Shown piece by piece: positions 45,612 to 55,602 of a stretch of DNA of 64,000 nucleotides. The notes beneath the pieces were generated by a model. The model ran no database searches and was not told where the DNA came from. It saw nothing but the letters and a program-made list of their open reading frames with translations. Each line of letters begins with the position of its first letter. Within the stretch, counting starts at the first letter, position 1. A program made the translations under genes and the position numbers. Source of the stretch: an uncultured Clostridia bacterium (lineage in GTDB: Bacteria > Bacillota > Clostridia > Oscillospirales > Ruminococcaceae); contig CANRLU010000001.1 of the NCBI GenBank assembly GCA_947631535.1, positions 19,532 through 83,531 on the forward strand, given 5' to 3'.

Positions 45612-46124
45612 AAAACTTAAAAGTTTTCGGTCCAACCTTTTTCAAAAGGTTGGCAGGTTCCAAGGGCAGAGCCCTTGGTCGCGCTCCGCAGAGCGCGAAA
45701 TCCTATTACTAAACAAAAATCAGGAGGGTAGCCCGAATCCGTCCGGTGGACGGTTCGGGCGCAGGGAACCCTATTAAGGGGTTCCCTGTTTGCCGAGCGA
45801 TGAGCGAGGCAAACGAAAAGCTCGCCGCCTGACGGCGGGGCCGAGTTTTCCCCTCCCTCTCCTCCCTCCCCCGATGGGGGGAGGGCTCCATCACTTTTCT
45901 GCTCGTGCAGAAAAGTGATGCGAAAAGACACGCCAAAGGGGGATTGCGATTTCCCCCTTTGGAATCCCCTTAAAACGCTTACGGCAGCCGCGCCTTCCCA
46001 TGGGCGTTTGCCGAATGGGTCACAGAGGAAAACGGCGCGGCCATGCGCATACGCGCCCAAAAGAGCCGCACATAATTCGGTCCCTCGAAATCAAGAAGAG
46101 CAGTCGGATTCCGACTTTGCTCTT
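45612..46124. repeat. hairpin-dense non-coding region (12 or more consecutive unrelated stem-loops) in a divergent intergenic region
   Basis: Examples: CCAACCTTTT-TC-AAAAGGTTGG (45632-45653); CCAAGGGC-AGA-GCCCTTGG (45660-45678); CGCGCTC-CGCA-GAGCGCG (45680-45697); GCCCGAA..TTCGGGC (45731-45760); CAGGGAACCC-TATTAAG-GGGTTCCCTG (45762-45788); GTTTGCC..GGCAAAC (45788-45814); 14-bp CATCACTTTTCTGC-TCGT-GCAGAAAAGTGATG (45889-45920); CCAAAGGGGGA..TCCCCCTTTGG (45933-45962); AAGAGCA..TGCTCTT (46095-46124). Confidence 0.8.
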
Positions 46125-46204
46125 TAGGAGTTATTTTCTACACTTGCCGGCCAGCGGGCATACCAACCTTCTTTCGATTTGCCCGAGGCTTTTTCATTTT
46201 CCAC

Positions 46205-46233
46205 TTGACAAATGCAAAAATATGCTTTATACT
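46205..46233 (+). promoter_or_regulatory. sigma-70-type promoter for tRNA-Val
   Basis: TTGACA (46205-46210), 17-nt spacer, TATACT (46228-46233), about 24 nt before the tRNA 5' end. Confidence 0.6.
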
Positions 46234-46256
46234 ATATTCGCTCGGTCAATCCGCAC

Positions 46257-46333
46257 GGAAACTTAGCTCAGCTGGTCAGAGCGCCTGCTTCACACGCAGG
46301 AGGTCGGCGGTTCGAGCCCGCCAGCTTCCACCA
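46257..46333 (+). tRNA. tRNA-Val (anticodon CAC), CCA encoded
   Basis: GGAAACTTAGCTCAGCTGGTCAGAGCGCCTGCTTCACACGCAGGAGGTCGGCGGTTCGAGCCCGCCAGCTTCCACCA. Hand-folded cloverleaf with anticodon loop TT-CAC-AC. One A5:C68 mismatch in the acceptor stem. Confidence 0.85.
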
Positions 46334-46335
46334 CT

Positions 46336-46374
46336 CCGCCGCAGACTTTTTATGAAAGCCTGCGGCGGTTTTTT
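46336..46374 (+). terminator. rho-independent terminator after tRNA-Val
   Basis: CCGCCGCAG...CTGCGGCGG followed by TTTTTT. Confidence 0.75.
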
Positions 46375-46411
46375 ATGCGTCCGTAACCCGCGAAAGCGCT
46401 TTTTTGCGCTT

Positions 46412-47281
46412 TTACACCTCTATAAGCTCGTATTCGCGGCTGCCTATCCCGAGAGCTGCGGCGGCCTCTATGGTGTGAACGCCGTTTCTGCTCTCGATTC
46501 GCTCCAAAAGATGCTCCCGCCCGGGGTCGTCCTTGGCGGCGTATACAAGGTCGAGACAGGCCTGGTCAATCGCCACGGGGTCGAGCGAGGTGAGTATGCC
46601 TATATCGCGCATGCAGGGGTCTTCGGCGACGTCGCAGCAGTCGCAGTCTACCGACATGTTCATCATAACGTTCACATAGGCAATATTCCCCTTGAAGAAA
46701 TCTATCACCGATGATGCTGCGTCGGCCATCGACTCCAAAAATGCGTCGTGGGGCGCACGCCAGATGTTGTGCTCGGTGTCGCCCGAGCCGTGGATATAGG
46801 CTTTGCCGTAGCTCGAAGCGCAGCCTATCGAAAGCTGCTTGAGCGCTCCGCCGTAGCCGCCCATCGGGTGGCCCTTGAAGTGGGACAAAACAAGCATAGA
46901 ATCGTAGTTCTTGAGATTCTTGCCGACGAAATTCTTCTTTATGACCTTTCCGTTCGGAATATCCAGAACAAGGTCGGGCCCCTCGGCGTCCATAAGGTCG
47001 AAGTCGAAATAATCGTTCCAGCCGTGCTTTTTTATCGCCTTAAGATGCTTTTCGGTGGTGTCGCGCTCGCCGTCGTAGGCGGTGTTGCACTCGACTACCG
47101 TTCCGCCGACAAAATCTACCACCGGCTTCCAGAACGGCGGACGCAGAAAGTTCTGATTTCCGACCTCGCCGGAATGGACCTTTACGGCGACTTTGCCCTT
47201 GAGCTCCGCCCCGAGCAGCTTATACATCTCAAGCACCTTTTCGGGCGAGATCTCTCTTGTGAAGTAAACCTTTGATTTCAT
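46412..47281 (-). CDS. DUF362 domain-containing protein
   Basis: MKSKVYFT...VAVKVHSGEVGNQNFLRPPFWKPVVDFVGGTVVECNTAYDGERDTTEKHLKAIKKHGW matches the DUF362 pattern (KvH.GE.gn...irP...). Cys-rich DCDCCD segment. Confidence 0.65.
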   Translation of the reverse strand: MKSKVYFTREISPEKVLEMYKLLGAELKGKVAVKVHSGEVGNQNFLRPPFWKPVVDFVGGTVVECNTAYDGERDTTEKHLKAIKKHGWNDYFDFDLMDAEGPDLVLDIPNGKVIKKNFVGKNLKNYDSMLVLSHFKGHPMGGYGGALKQLSIGCASSYGKAYIHGSGDTEHNIWRAPHDAFLESMADAASSVIDFFKGNIAYVNVMMNMSVDCDCCDVAEDPCMRDIGILTSLDPVAIDQACLDLVYAAKDDPGREHLLERIESRNGVHTIEAAAALGIGSREYELIEV

Positions 47282-47559
47282 AGCCTTTTCCTCCTTGTTA
47301 TTTTTTGCTTTATGAAGTATTGTCTTCCCGTCACGCCGATATTCCCCGACCTTTCAATTCCGCTCGGATTCGTCGGGGTCACAGCAGCTCTCGTGAAGGT
47401 CCTCGGGAGTGTTGCTGAAATTCTTCCGGCGGAATGTACAGCGGTCGTGATCCTGCTGCACGGCGCCGCGCCTTTTGCGCGCTTTAACGTTTCACCGACG
47501 TCCCAATGTGTCTTGCCGGTGTCATAGCGCCGGTCATTCTTAATATTTTCTATCTAATA

Positions 47560-48501
47560 TCACTTCCCGAACCTCTCCATAAATATGTCGGGCCACATAA
47601 GCGCGTCGGCGTTTTTGTTTATCTCCTCCGGAGTCCATTCCCACCACTTCGTGCGAAGCAGCGTGCGGACCATATCCGGCGGATAGCGGTATTTAATGAC
47701 GTTTGCCGGAACCCCTACCACAACCGAGTAGGGCGGAACGTCTTTAGTGACGACAGCTCCCGCGCCTATCACGGCGCCGTCGCCTATTGAGACCACTTTC
47801 GAGCAGTTGATGAACGTGTGCGCGCCTATCCACACGTCGCTGCCGATGGTCACCTTGGGTTTGCCGAAGGCGTAGGGATGCTTGGGGTCGAGCGCGCAGA
47901 GCTTTTCAAACTTCGCCTTGTTCTCGGGCGTGAAGGAATCCGAGAGCTCGTCGGTAACAAAGGCCATATTCGAGTGGTGGTCGCAGTGTATCACCGCGGT
48001 GGAGTTTATCGAGGTATATCGCCCTATGCTCTCGATATAACCGTTTCTGCAAGCCTCAACGACTCCGCTCCCGAAGTAGGTCTGACGCCCTATCTTCGCG
48101 CCGTAGAGCTCCCAGTCAAAGGGAAGCTCCTGCCCAACGTCGCTGTAAAGGATATAATCCTCGACTCCTCTGAATCCGCAGCCGCCGCACTCCAAAAGGA
48201 AATCCTCGAGGTCGTCTTCGGTCGCCGCAACAACGTAGTGCTGCTTTGGGTCTACCTTTTCGGTATAAACAATGTTGTAGGGCTCGAGCTGCCGCCTCGC
48301 AAGGCTGTCGGGTTCGCCCCATACTACTGCCGCCTGACCGTTTATCATACGGTATTTCGGGTCGAGCCTTTCGGCATAGGCAAAACCGTATGGCTCGAGC
48401 TGACGCCTTAAAAGCCTGCCAGGCTCGCCCCACACGACTATCCTGCGGCCGTTAAGGCAGTGGTCAAGTATCTGCGCAAGTCTTGTAGTCAAATTTTCCA
48501 C
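47560..48501 (-). CDS. hexapeptide-repeat O-acetyltransferase (Vat/CatB-related C-terminal domain) with an N-terminal extension containing a 37-aa tandem duplication
   Basis: The C-terminus [55 protein letters not shown]...[14 protein letters not shown] is typical of xenobiotic acetyltransferases. In the N-terminus, residues 17-53 and 54-90 are 21/37 identical. Confidence 0.75.
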   Translation of the reverse strand: MENLTTRLAQILDHCLNGRRIVVWGEPGRLLRRQLEPYGFAYAERLDPKYRMINGQAAVVWGEPDSLARRQLEPYNIVYTEKVDPKQHYVVAATEDDLEDFLLECGGCGFRGVEDYILYSDVGQELPFDWELYGAKIGRQTYFGSGVVEACRNGYIESIGRYTSINSTAVIHCDHHSNMAFVTDELSDSFTPENKAKFEKLCALDPKHPYAFGKPKVTIGSDVWIGAHTFINCSKVVSIGDGAVIGAGAVVTKDVPPYSVVVGVPANVIKYRYPPDMVRTLLRTKWWEWTPEEINKNADALMWPDIFMERFGK

Positions 48502-48502
48502 C

Positions 48503-49168
48503 TCACTTTATCATTCTGTACAGTTGCTGACCGTCGGCCTGCGGAAGCACCTTTTTCAGGTGCTCAAGTATCCTTTCGAGCGACTCCGACGGTTCCCGCG
48601 AGTATGCCGAGGTCACCGCTTCATAGCCCAAAAGCTCCTCGGGCGTGGAATATCTCGCCACTCCCCAGCCGTATTGGTTTCCGAATTTGTCGCGCATATA
48701 CTCAAAGTCGGCGATGCACAAATAGGTCTGCATCTGAAGGCGGGTTATAACGCCGTCGAAGCCCTTTTCGCCGCCTCTTGAATATCCGCAGAGGCTTTTG
48801 AGCTTTTTTGAGAGCAGCGTTTTGTAGCGCGAAACGGTGTCGTAAACGTCCATATCCTTTCGGCTCGCGAGCCCCGACTCGTAGCGGGAATCGAAATCAA
48901 AGCCGTCGCGGCGGTAGTTGGCGAAGTCGGGAAACCATTCGGGGCTGATAAACCCTGCCTTCCCGCCGAAGAACTTCCCGTAAAGGCACTTTTTAGTGCG
49001 GGCAACGGGGCCTTTCCACTCCCACGGACCGTCTGTTTCGGTAAACCACAGCTCGCGCGGGGTGTGCTCTTCAACGGAAAAACCGGGGATCTTATTCGCA
49101 AAAAACGGCAGGAAGCCGAGCTTTTCGGTCATAGCTATGACGTCTTCGTGGCACCTTAGATATTCCAT
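48503..49168 (-). CDS. conserved hypothetical protein (AlkZ/YcaQ-related family, tentative)
   Basis: [27 protein letters not shown]...[36 protein letters not shown]... Family recalled from memory and not verified. Start ATG 49168 chosen for its GAAGGAG RBS spacing (49177 is possible). Its stop is 1 nt from the acetyltransferase start. Confidence 0.45.
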   Translation of the reverse strand: MEYLRCHEDVIAMTEKLGFLPFFANKIPGFSVEEHTPRELWFTETDGPWEWKGPVARTKKCLYGKFFGGKAGFISPEWFPDFANYRRDGFDFDSRYESGLASRKDMDVYDTVSRYKTLLSKKLKSLCGYSRGGEKGFDGVITRLQMQTYLCIADFEYMRDKFGNQYGWGVARYSTPEELLGYEAVTSAYSREPSESLERILEHLKKVLPQADGQQLYRMIK

Positions 49169-49335
49169 TTGAATCATACTCCTTCTGTCGGGACAATTAT
49201 ACACCATTTGCTGCCAAAATGCAACGGGGAAAGACAGTTTTGCCTCGCACGCCGTTCGGCGCATATAGGCACACATTTGAGTCAAGGCAAGAAGCCGCTC
49301 GTTCGGATGCGCTGCATCGCTCTCGATTTTCTCAG

Positions 49336-49372
49336 CACAAAAACCTCCCCGACAGGCCTGACTGCCGGGGAG
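49336..49372 (-). terminator. rho-independent terminator ending the leu-ilv-DUF815 transcription unit
   Basis: Minus strand CTCCCCGGCAG-TCAGGC-CTGTCGGGGAG (one mismatch) followed by GTTTTTGTG. Confidence 0.65.
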
Positions 49373-49377
49373 CGGAC

Positions 49378-50580
49378 TTATATTATTTCTTCCTTTGCGC
49401 CCGAGATGAGCCCATCGACGAACTGGCGGGCCGCCCTTGCCGAGCGTATGCTCTTTTGCAGCGCGAATTTTTCCGCCGCGGCGTCGAGCTTTTCGGGGTT
49501 ATAGCTCAGCTTCGCGCCGTCGCATAGGCGGTGGACTATCTCAAGATAGGTCGCTTTGTCGGGGCGGCTGAACGTTATGTGCAGCCCGAATCGCTCCGAA
49601 AGCGAGACTATTTCCTGCATGGCGTCGTTGCGGTGGACTTCGTCGGCGTCGCGCTCCGAGAAGGTCTCCTTTATCAGGTGGCGGCGGTTGCCGGTGGCAT
49701 AGATGACCACGTTGCGCGCCTTTGCCGATACGCTTCCCTCGAGCATCGCCTTTAGCGCCGAGAAATTGTCGTCGTTTCGGGTAAACGAGAGGTCGTCGAT
49801 AAAGATGATGAATTTGAGCGGGTTGCGGTTGAGCTCACCCAAAATTTCGGGCAGGAGCCTAAGCTGCTCCTTTTTCAGCTCTAAAATACGCAGACCCTCG
49901 CCGCAAAGCTCGTTTACCACCGCCTTGACGGTAGATGACTTGCCGGTGCCGGCGTCGCCCGTGAGAAGAACGTTTGCCGCGGGCTTTCCCTCAATCAGGG
50001 CGCGGGTGTTGTCCAAAATCAGCTCTTTTTCGCGGCGGTATCCCACGAGCTCGCAAAGCCTTATCGGGTCGGGCGAGGCTATCGGGAGTATCCGGCCGTC
50101 AAAGTAAAACGCGCGGTATTTCGCGTAGATGCCGTAGCCGCACTTCGTGATGTTTGAGGTCTGCGCAGAAAATTCCGCCGCAAGATCCGTCTTCGAGACC
50201 TCCCATTCGGGGAGCTTTCCTAAGTAATGCAGCCCCTCGCGGAGCTTTTTCGGGGTGAGCGAGGCAAGGTCTTCAAGAACTTTAAGCTCGTATTCCGCAC
50301 TCGCCCTCATAACCGGCGGGACTTCCTTCCCCTCGCCGATGAGCCTCACAACGGGGTTGTCGCAGCAGCGAAGCAGCTCCGAAACGTATTTCGAGAAGTC
50401 TACGCAGCCGCTGCGGTATAAAACCGACGCAAATTCGCAGTAAAGATCGACGGCCTTTTGCTCGTCGCTCTCGAATTCGAGGTATTTCGAGAGGACTTCC
50501 ACGGCAGGGTCGGAGAGGATATCCCGAAAGATGCACAGCGAACGCAGCGCCGGCAGAAAGTTTTCAAGCTTGGTTATCAT
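49378..50580 (-). CDS. AAA+-type ATP-binding protein, DUF815 family
   Basis: Walker A LLTGDAGTGKSSTVKAV, Walker B FIIFIDDLSF. 400 aa. Starts 8 nt after the ilvD stop. Confidence 0.7.
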   Translation of the reverse strand: MITKLENFLPALRSLCIFRDILSDPAVEVLSKYLEFESDEQKAVDLYCEFASVLYRSGCVDFSKYVSELLRCCDNPVVRLIGEGKEVPPVMRASAEYELKVLEDLASLTPKKLREGLHYLGKLPEWEVSKTDLAAEFSAQTSNITKCGYGIYAKYRAFYFDGRILPIASPDPIRLCELVGYRREKELILDNTRALIEGKPAANVLLTGDAGTGKSSTVKAVVNELCGEGLRILELKKEQLRLLPEILGELNRNPLKFIIFIDDLSFTRNDDNFSALKAMLEGSVSAKARNVVIYATGNRRHLIKETFSERDADEVHRNDAMQEIVSLSERFGLHITFSRPDKATYLEIVHRLCDGAKLSYNPEKLDAAAEKFALQKSIRSARAARQFVDGLISGAKEEII

Positions 50581-50588
50581 AATTCGCC

Positions 50589-52253
50589 TCAGTTGAGAAC
50601 CGCTCCGCGCGAGCCGCTCGAAACGAGCTCGGCATAGCGCTTTAGGTAGCCCGAAAGTTCCTTCTGCTTCGGCTTAAAGGCCGCCATACGCGCGTTGAAC
50701 TCGTCTTCGCTAATTTTGAGCTCGATTTTGTTTGCGGGAATGTCAATCAGAACGGTGTCACCCTCGCGGATAATGCCTATCGGGCCGCCGCTCGCGGCTT
50801 CGGGTGAGATGTGCCCCACGCAGGCGCCGCGGGTTGCTCCGCTGAAGCGCCCGTCGGTGATGAGCGCAACGCTCTCGCCGAGGCCCATACCCATTATCGC
50901 AGAGGTCGGGTTGAGCATTTCCCTCATTCCGGGGCCGCCCTTGGGGCCCTCGTAGCGAATGACTACGACGTCGCCGGGGTTGATGAGCCCCGCGTTGATG
51001 GCCGCCTGCGCGTCTTCTTCGCACTCAAATACCCTTGCCGGCCCCTCGTGGCGGAGCATCTTCGGGGAGACCGCCGAGCGCTTTACCACGCAGCCGTCGG
51101 GCGCGAGATTTCCGCGCAGAACGGCTATTCCGCCCGTCTCGCTGAACGGGTCTTCGACGGGTCTGATAACGCTGTGGTCGAGGTTCCTGGCGTCTTTGAT
51201 GTTCTCGCCGACGGTCTTGCCGGTAACGGTGAGGCAGTCAAGATTTATGAGGTTTTTCTTTGAAAGCTCGTTCATAATCGCCCAAACTCCGCCCGCCTCG
51301 TCGAGCTCCTCGACGTAGGTCCTGCCCGCGGGGGCGAGGTGGCAGAGGTTCGGTGTCTTCTCGCTTATCGAGTTCGCGATGTCGAGGTTTATCTCTATTC
51401 CGCACTCGTGAGCTATCGCGGGGAGGTGGAGCATAGAGTTCGTAGAGCAGCCGAGCGCCATATCCACGGTGAGGGCGTTCATAAACGCCTTTTCGGTCAT
51501 GATGTCGCGCGGGCGGATATTCTTTCTCACAAGCTCCATGACCGCCATTCCTGCGCGCTTTGCAAGCTCTATCCTCGCGGAATAAACGGCGGGAATGGTC
51601 CCGTTGCCGCGAAGGCCCATTCCGAGGGCTTCGGTGAGGCAGTTCATCGAGTTGGCGGTATACATTCCCGAGCAGGAGCCGCAGGTCGGGCAGGTCTTGC
51701 GCTCGTATTCCGCGAGCTTTTCAAGGGTGATGCTGCCCGCGTTGAATTCGCCTACCGCCTCTGAGATGGAGGAAAAGCTCGTTTTGTGGCCGTCAACGTG
51801 ACCCGCGAGCATAGGCCCGCCGCTCACGAACACCGTGGGTATATTGAGCCTTGCCGCCGCCATAAGCAGCCCGGGGACGTTTTTGTCGCAGTTTGGGACC
51901 ATAACGAGGGCGTCGAAGCCGTGGGCAAGCGCCATAGCCTCGGTCGAGTCGGCGATGAGGTCGCGGGTGACGAGGGAATATTTCATTCCGGTGTGACCCA
52001 TAGCAATTCCGTCGCATACCGCTATCGCGGGGAAGACAACGGGGGTGCCGCCCGCCATCGCGACGCCTATTTTTACGGCGTCAACTATCTTGTCGATGTT
52101 CATATGCCCCGGGACGATCTCGTTATAAGAGCTTACTATTCCCACCATAGGGCGGGAGATCTCCTCGTCGGTAAAGCCGAGGGCATGATAAAGTGCTCTG
52201 TGAGGCGCGTTCTGCGCGCCGAGTTTTATGCTGTCGCTTTTCAAATCTTTCAC
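50589..52253 (-). CDS. ilvD: dihydroxy-acid dehydratase
   Basis: Full-length match to IlvD, including CDKNVPG, TDGRFSG and the C-terminal SSGSRGAVL-like end. Confidence 0.93.
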   Translation of the reverse strand: MKDLKSDSIKLGAQNAPHRALYHALGFTDEEISRPMVGIVSSYNEIVPGHMNIDKIVDAVKIGVAMAGGTPVVFPAIAVCDGIAMGHTGMKYSLVTRDLIADSTEAMALAHGFDALVMVPNCDKNVPGLLMAAARLNIPTVFVSGGPMLAGHVDGHKTSFSSISEAVGEFNAGSITLEKLAEYERKTCPTCGSCSGMYTANSMNCLTEALGMGLRGNGTIPAVYSARIELAKRAGMAVMELVRKNIRPRDIMTEKAFMNALTVDMALGCSTNSMLHLPAIAHECGIEINLDIANSISEKTPNLCHLAPAGRTYVEELDEAGGVWAIMNELSKKNLINLDCLTVTGKTVGENIKDARNLDHSVIRPVEDPFSETGGIAVLRGNLAPDGCVVKRSAVSPKMLRHEGPARVFECEEDAQAAINAGLINPGDVVVIRYEGPKGGPGMREMLNPTSAIMGMGLGESVALITDGRFSGATRGACVGHISPEAASGGPIGIIREGDTVLIDIPANKIELKISEDEFNARMAAFKPKQKELSGYLKRYAELVSSGSRGAVLN

Positions 52254-52337
52254 CAGCCAATCAAAAATTTGTCAGGGGAATCCCGAAAAGGGGTTCCCCT
52301 TGTTTTGGTTCCGCGCTATACCGGCAACCCGAAATTA

Positions 52338-53396
<1,059 letters not shown>

Positions 53397-53405
53397 TTAG
53401 AAGGA

Positions 53406-53909
53406 TCATAGATCCGTTCTTCTTATGGTGTCGCTGCCGCGTTCGAGCGAAACTATTCCCGTGCGGCATATCTCTAAAATGGTGAAGTCGCGCATAAGGT
53501 CGATAAAGGCGTCTATCTCTCGGGAAGTCCCCGTGAGGCGCATTATAACCGAGTCGCGGGTATAATCCAAGGTCTTTGCGCCGAAAGCCTGGGCGGCGTC
53601 CCTTACGTCGGCGCGGGATTCCGGGTCGTTCTTGACCTTTATGAGCAAAAGCTCGCAAGAGACCGATTCCACAATGTCGAGCTCCTTTATCGAGCAGACG
53701 TCGGGGAGCTTGTAGAGCTGATTTATGAGCTGCTTCTTGTCGGTCTCAAGACCCGAGGAGCTCACCGTTATTCTCGAAAGCTCGGGGACTTCGGTTTCGC
53801 TGACGGTGAGGCTGCTTATGTTGAATCTGCGGCGGCGGAACATGCTCGTTACGCGGTTCAGAACGCCGAATTCGTTTCTAACGAGCACGGCAACGGTGAA
53901 GTTAGTCAT
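53406..53909 (-). CDS. ilvN: acetolactate synthase small (regulatory) subunit
   Basis: ACT domain VAVLVRNEFGVLNRVTSMFRRRRFNISSLTV. ATG 53909 has a GGAGGTG RBS and overlaps the ilvB stop by 8 nt. Confidence 0.88.
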   Translation of the reverse strand: MTNFTVAVLVRNEFGVLNRVTSMFRRRRFNISSLTVSETEVPELSRITVSSSGLETDKKQLINQLYKLPDVCSIKELDIVESVSCELLLIKVKNDPESRADVRDAAQAFGAKTLDYTRDSVIMRLTGTSREIDAFIDLMRDFTILEICRTGIVSLERGSDTIRRTDL

Positions 53910-55587
53910 CTTGGTCACCTCCGATATCAACCTTTGTGATAATATCGTCCATCGAGCCGCCCGGCGGGAGCATCGGCAGAACGAACTCGTCCTTGTCGAT
54001 CATACAATCCACCACGAACGGGCCGTCGCAGGAAAACGCCTTTTCGAGCGCCTTATTCAGCTCCTCCACGGTAGAGGCCGAGGCGCCGTCGGCCCCGAAA
54101 GCCTTCGCAAGCGCGACGAAATCGGTCTTTCTGTTCAGAACGGTGTTGGAATAGTGCTTGTCGAAGAAGAGAGTCTGCCACTGACGGACCATTCCGAGCA
54201 CGCCGTTGTTCATAATCAGTATAACGAGCGGGACTTTATATGTCACTGCGGTCGCGAGCTCGTTGAGGCACATTCCGAAGCCGCCGTCGCCGGTCACGAG
54301 CACGGCTCTCTCCTTTGAGGCGAACGAAGCGCCTATCGCAGCACCCATTCCGAAGCCCATAGTTCCGAGGCCGCCGGAGGAGATGAACCTGCGTGTCTTT
54401 CTGAACGAGAGCGACTGGGCCGCCCACATTTGGTGCTGGCCAACGTCTGTCGCAACGGGTGTGTTTTCGCCGAGGAATTTATTCAGCTCGAGCATCGCAG
54501 CGCGCGGGGTGAGGCCCTCGCGGCTGTCGGTGACCTGGCGCTCCTCGAATTTTAGGCCCTCTATCGTCCTGCGCCACTCTGGGAGCTTTTTCTGCGCAAG
54601 AAGCGGCAGGAGCTTTTGCAGCGTGAGCTTTAAGTCTCCGCGCATCGAGTGGGCTGCGTTCACCGTCTTGTCGAGCTCCGCGCCGTCAACGTCGATGTGG
54701 ATTATCTTCGCGTTGGTCGCGAATTTTGCGCGGTTGCCGGTAACTCTGTCGTTGAACCTCACGCCGAGCGAGATTATGCAGTCGGCCCTGTGCATGGCCA
54801 TCGACGAAGCATAGTGGCCGTGCATGCCCTGCATACCGAGAAAACGCGGGTGGTCGGTGGGTATCCCCGAGATGCCCATAAGCGAGCAGCCTATGGGCGC
54901 GTCGAGCTTTTCGGCGAGCGCGCAAAGCTCATCCTGCGCCTCGGAATTGATAAGCCCTCCGCCAAAGTAGATAAACGGCCTCTGCGACTGGTTTATGCAC
55001 TCCGCCGCGGCTTCTATCCTTATGTCCTTGGCGGGACGCCTCGGCTCGGCCGAAACGGGCTCCTGAGGAGTGTATTCGCAGGAGGCGATCTGAATGTCTT
55101 TCGGGACGTCTATGAGCACCGGCCCCGGGCGGCCCGAGGCAGCAAGCCTGAAGGCTTCCCTTATTGTATCGGCGAGCTCTTCCACGCTGCCGACGATGTA
55201 GTTGTGCTTGGTTATCGGGAGTGTGATACCCGTTATGTCTATCTCCTGGAAGCTGTCGGTCCCGAGCTGATAGGTGGGCACGTTGCCGGTTATTGCTATC
55301 ATAGGCACCGAATCGAGGTAGGCTGTCGCTATTCCCGTGACGAGGTTGGTGGCTCCCGGACCCGAGGTCGCGATGACTACGCCGGGCCTGCCGGTCGCCC
55401 TCGCATAGCCGTCGGCGGCGTGGGCTGCACCCTGCTCGTGAGCGGTCAGAACGTGAAGTATCTCGTCCTGATATTTATAGAGCGAATCGTATACGTTGAG
55501 TATCTGCCCGCCCGGGTAGCCGAAAACGGTGTCTACCCCCTGCTCGATGAGCGTTCTCACGATTATATCCGAACCGGATAATTTCAT
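53902..55587 (-). CDS. ilvB: acetolactate synthase large (catalytic) subunit
   Basis: Contains GYPGGQILNVYD, the GPGATNLVTGIA TPP-enzyme motifs and GGLGTMGFGMGAAIGA...GDGGF. Confidence 0.93.
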   Translation of the reverse strand: MKLSGSDIIVRTLIEQGVDTVFGYPGGQILNVYDSLYKYQDEILHVLTAHEQGAAHAADGYARATGRPGVVIATSGPGATNLVTGIATAYLDSVPMIAITGNVPTYQLGTDSFQEIDITGITLPITKHNYIVGSVEELADTIREAFRLAASGRPGPVLIDVPKDIQIASCEYTPQEPVSAEPRRPAKDIRIEAAAECINQSQRPFIYFGGGLINSEAQDELCALAEKLDAPIGCSLMGISGIPTDHPRFLGMQGMHGHYASSMAMHRADCIISLGVRFNDRVTGNRAKFATNAKIIHIDVDGAELDKTVNAAHSMRGDLKLTLQKLLPLLAQKKLPEWRRTIEGLKFEERQVTDSREGLTPRAAMLELNKFLGENTPVATDVGQHQMWAAQSLSFRKTRRFISSGGLGTMGFGMGAAIGASFASKERAVLVTGDGGFGMCLNELATAVTYKVPLVILIMNNGVLGMVRQWQTLFFDKHYSNTVLNRKTDFVALAKAFGADGASASTVEELNKALEKAFSCDGPFVVDCMIDKDEFVLPMLPPGGSMDDIITKVDIGGDQDD

Positions 55588-55602
55588 TCTATCATTCCTT
55601 TT

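Noticed and set aside
45617-46060. 147-aa minus-strand ORF inside the hairpin array
   Set aside because: The sequence is low-complexity (GEGGEGGE, PPSGG) and reflects palindromic DNA read through its stems. There is no RBS. I treat the region as non-coding.
45625-46083. MITE-like insertion flanked by the octamer TTCGGTCC (45625 and 46075)
   Set aside because: An 8-nt direct match may be chance, and I found no terminal inverted repeats at the putative ends. It is kept only as a remark inside the hairpin-array finding.
45612-46124. CRISPR array or tandem-repeat interpretation of the hairpin clusters (also 21581-21966)
   Set aside because: There is no recurring repeat unit and no regular repeat-spacer periodicity. 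Each palindrome has a different sequence, and no cas genes are nearby.
47354-47461. 35-aa minus-strand ORF (GTG start; MQQDHDRCTFRRKNFSNTPEDLHESCCDPDESERN) in the 278-bp spacer upstream of the DUF362 gene
   Set aside because: It is too short to assess. It has a non-ATG start, only a weak AAAGG RBS-like element and no recognised family. The plus-strand 71-aa ORF at 47312-47527 in the same spacer also lacks support. Ribosome-profiling data would be needed.
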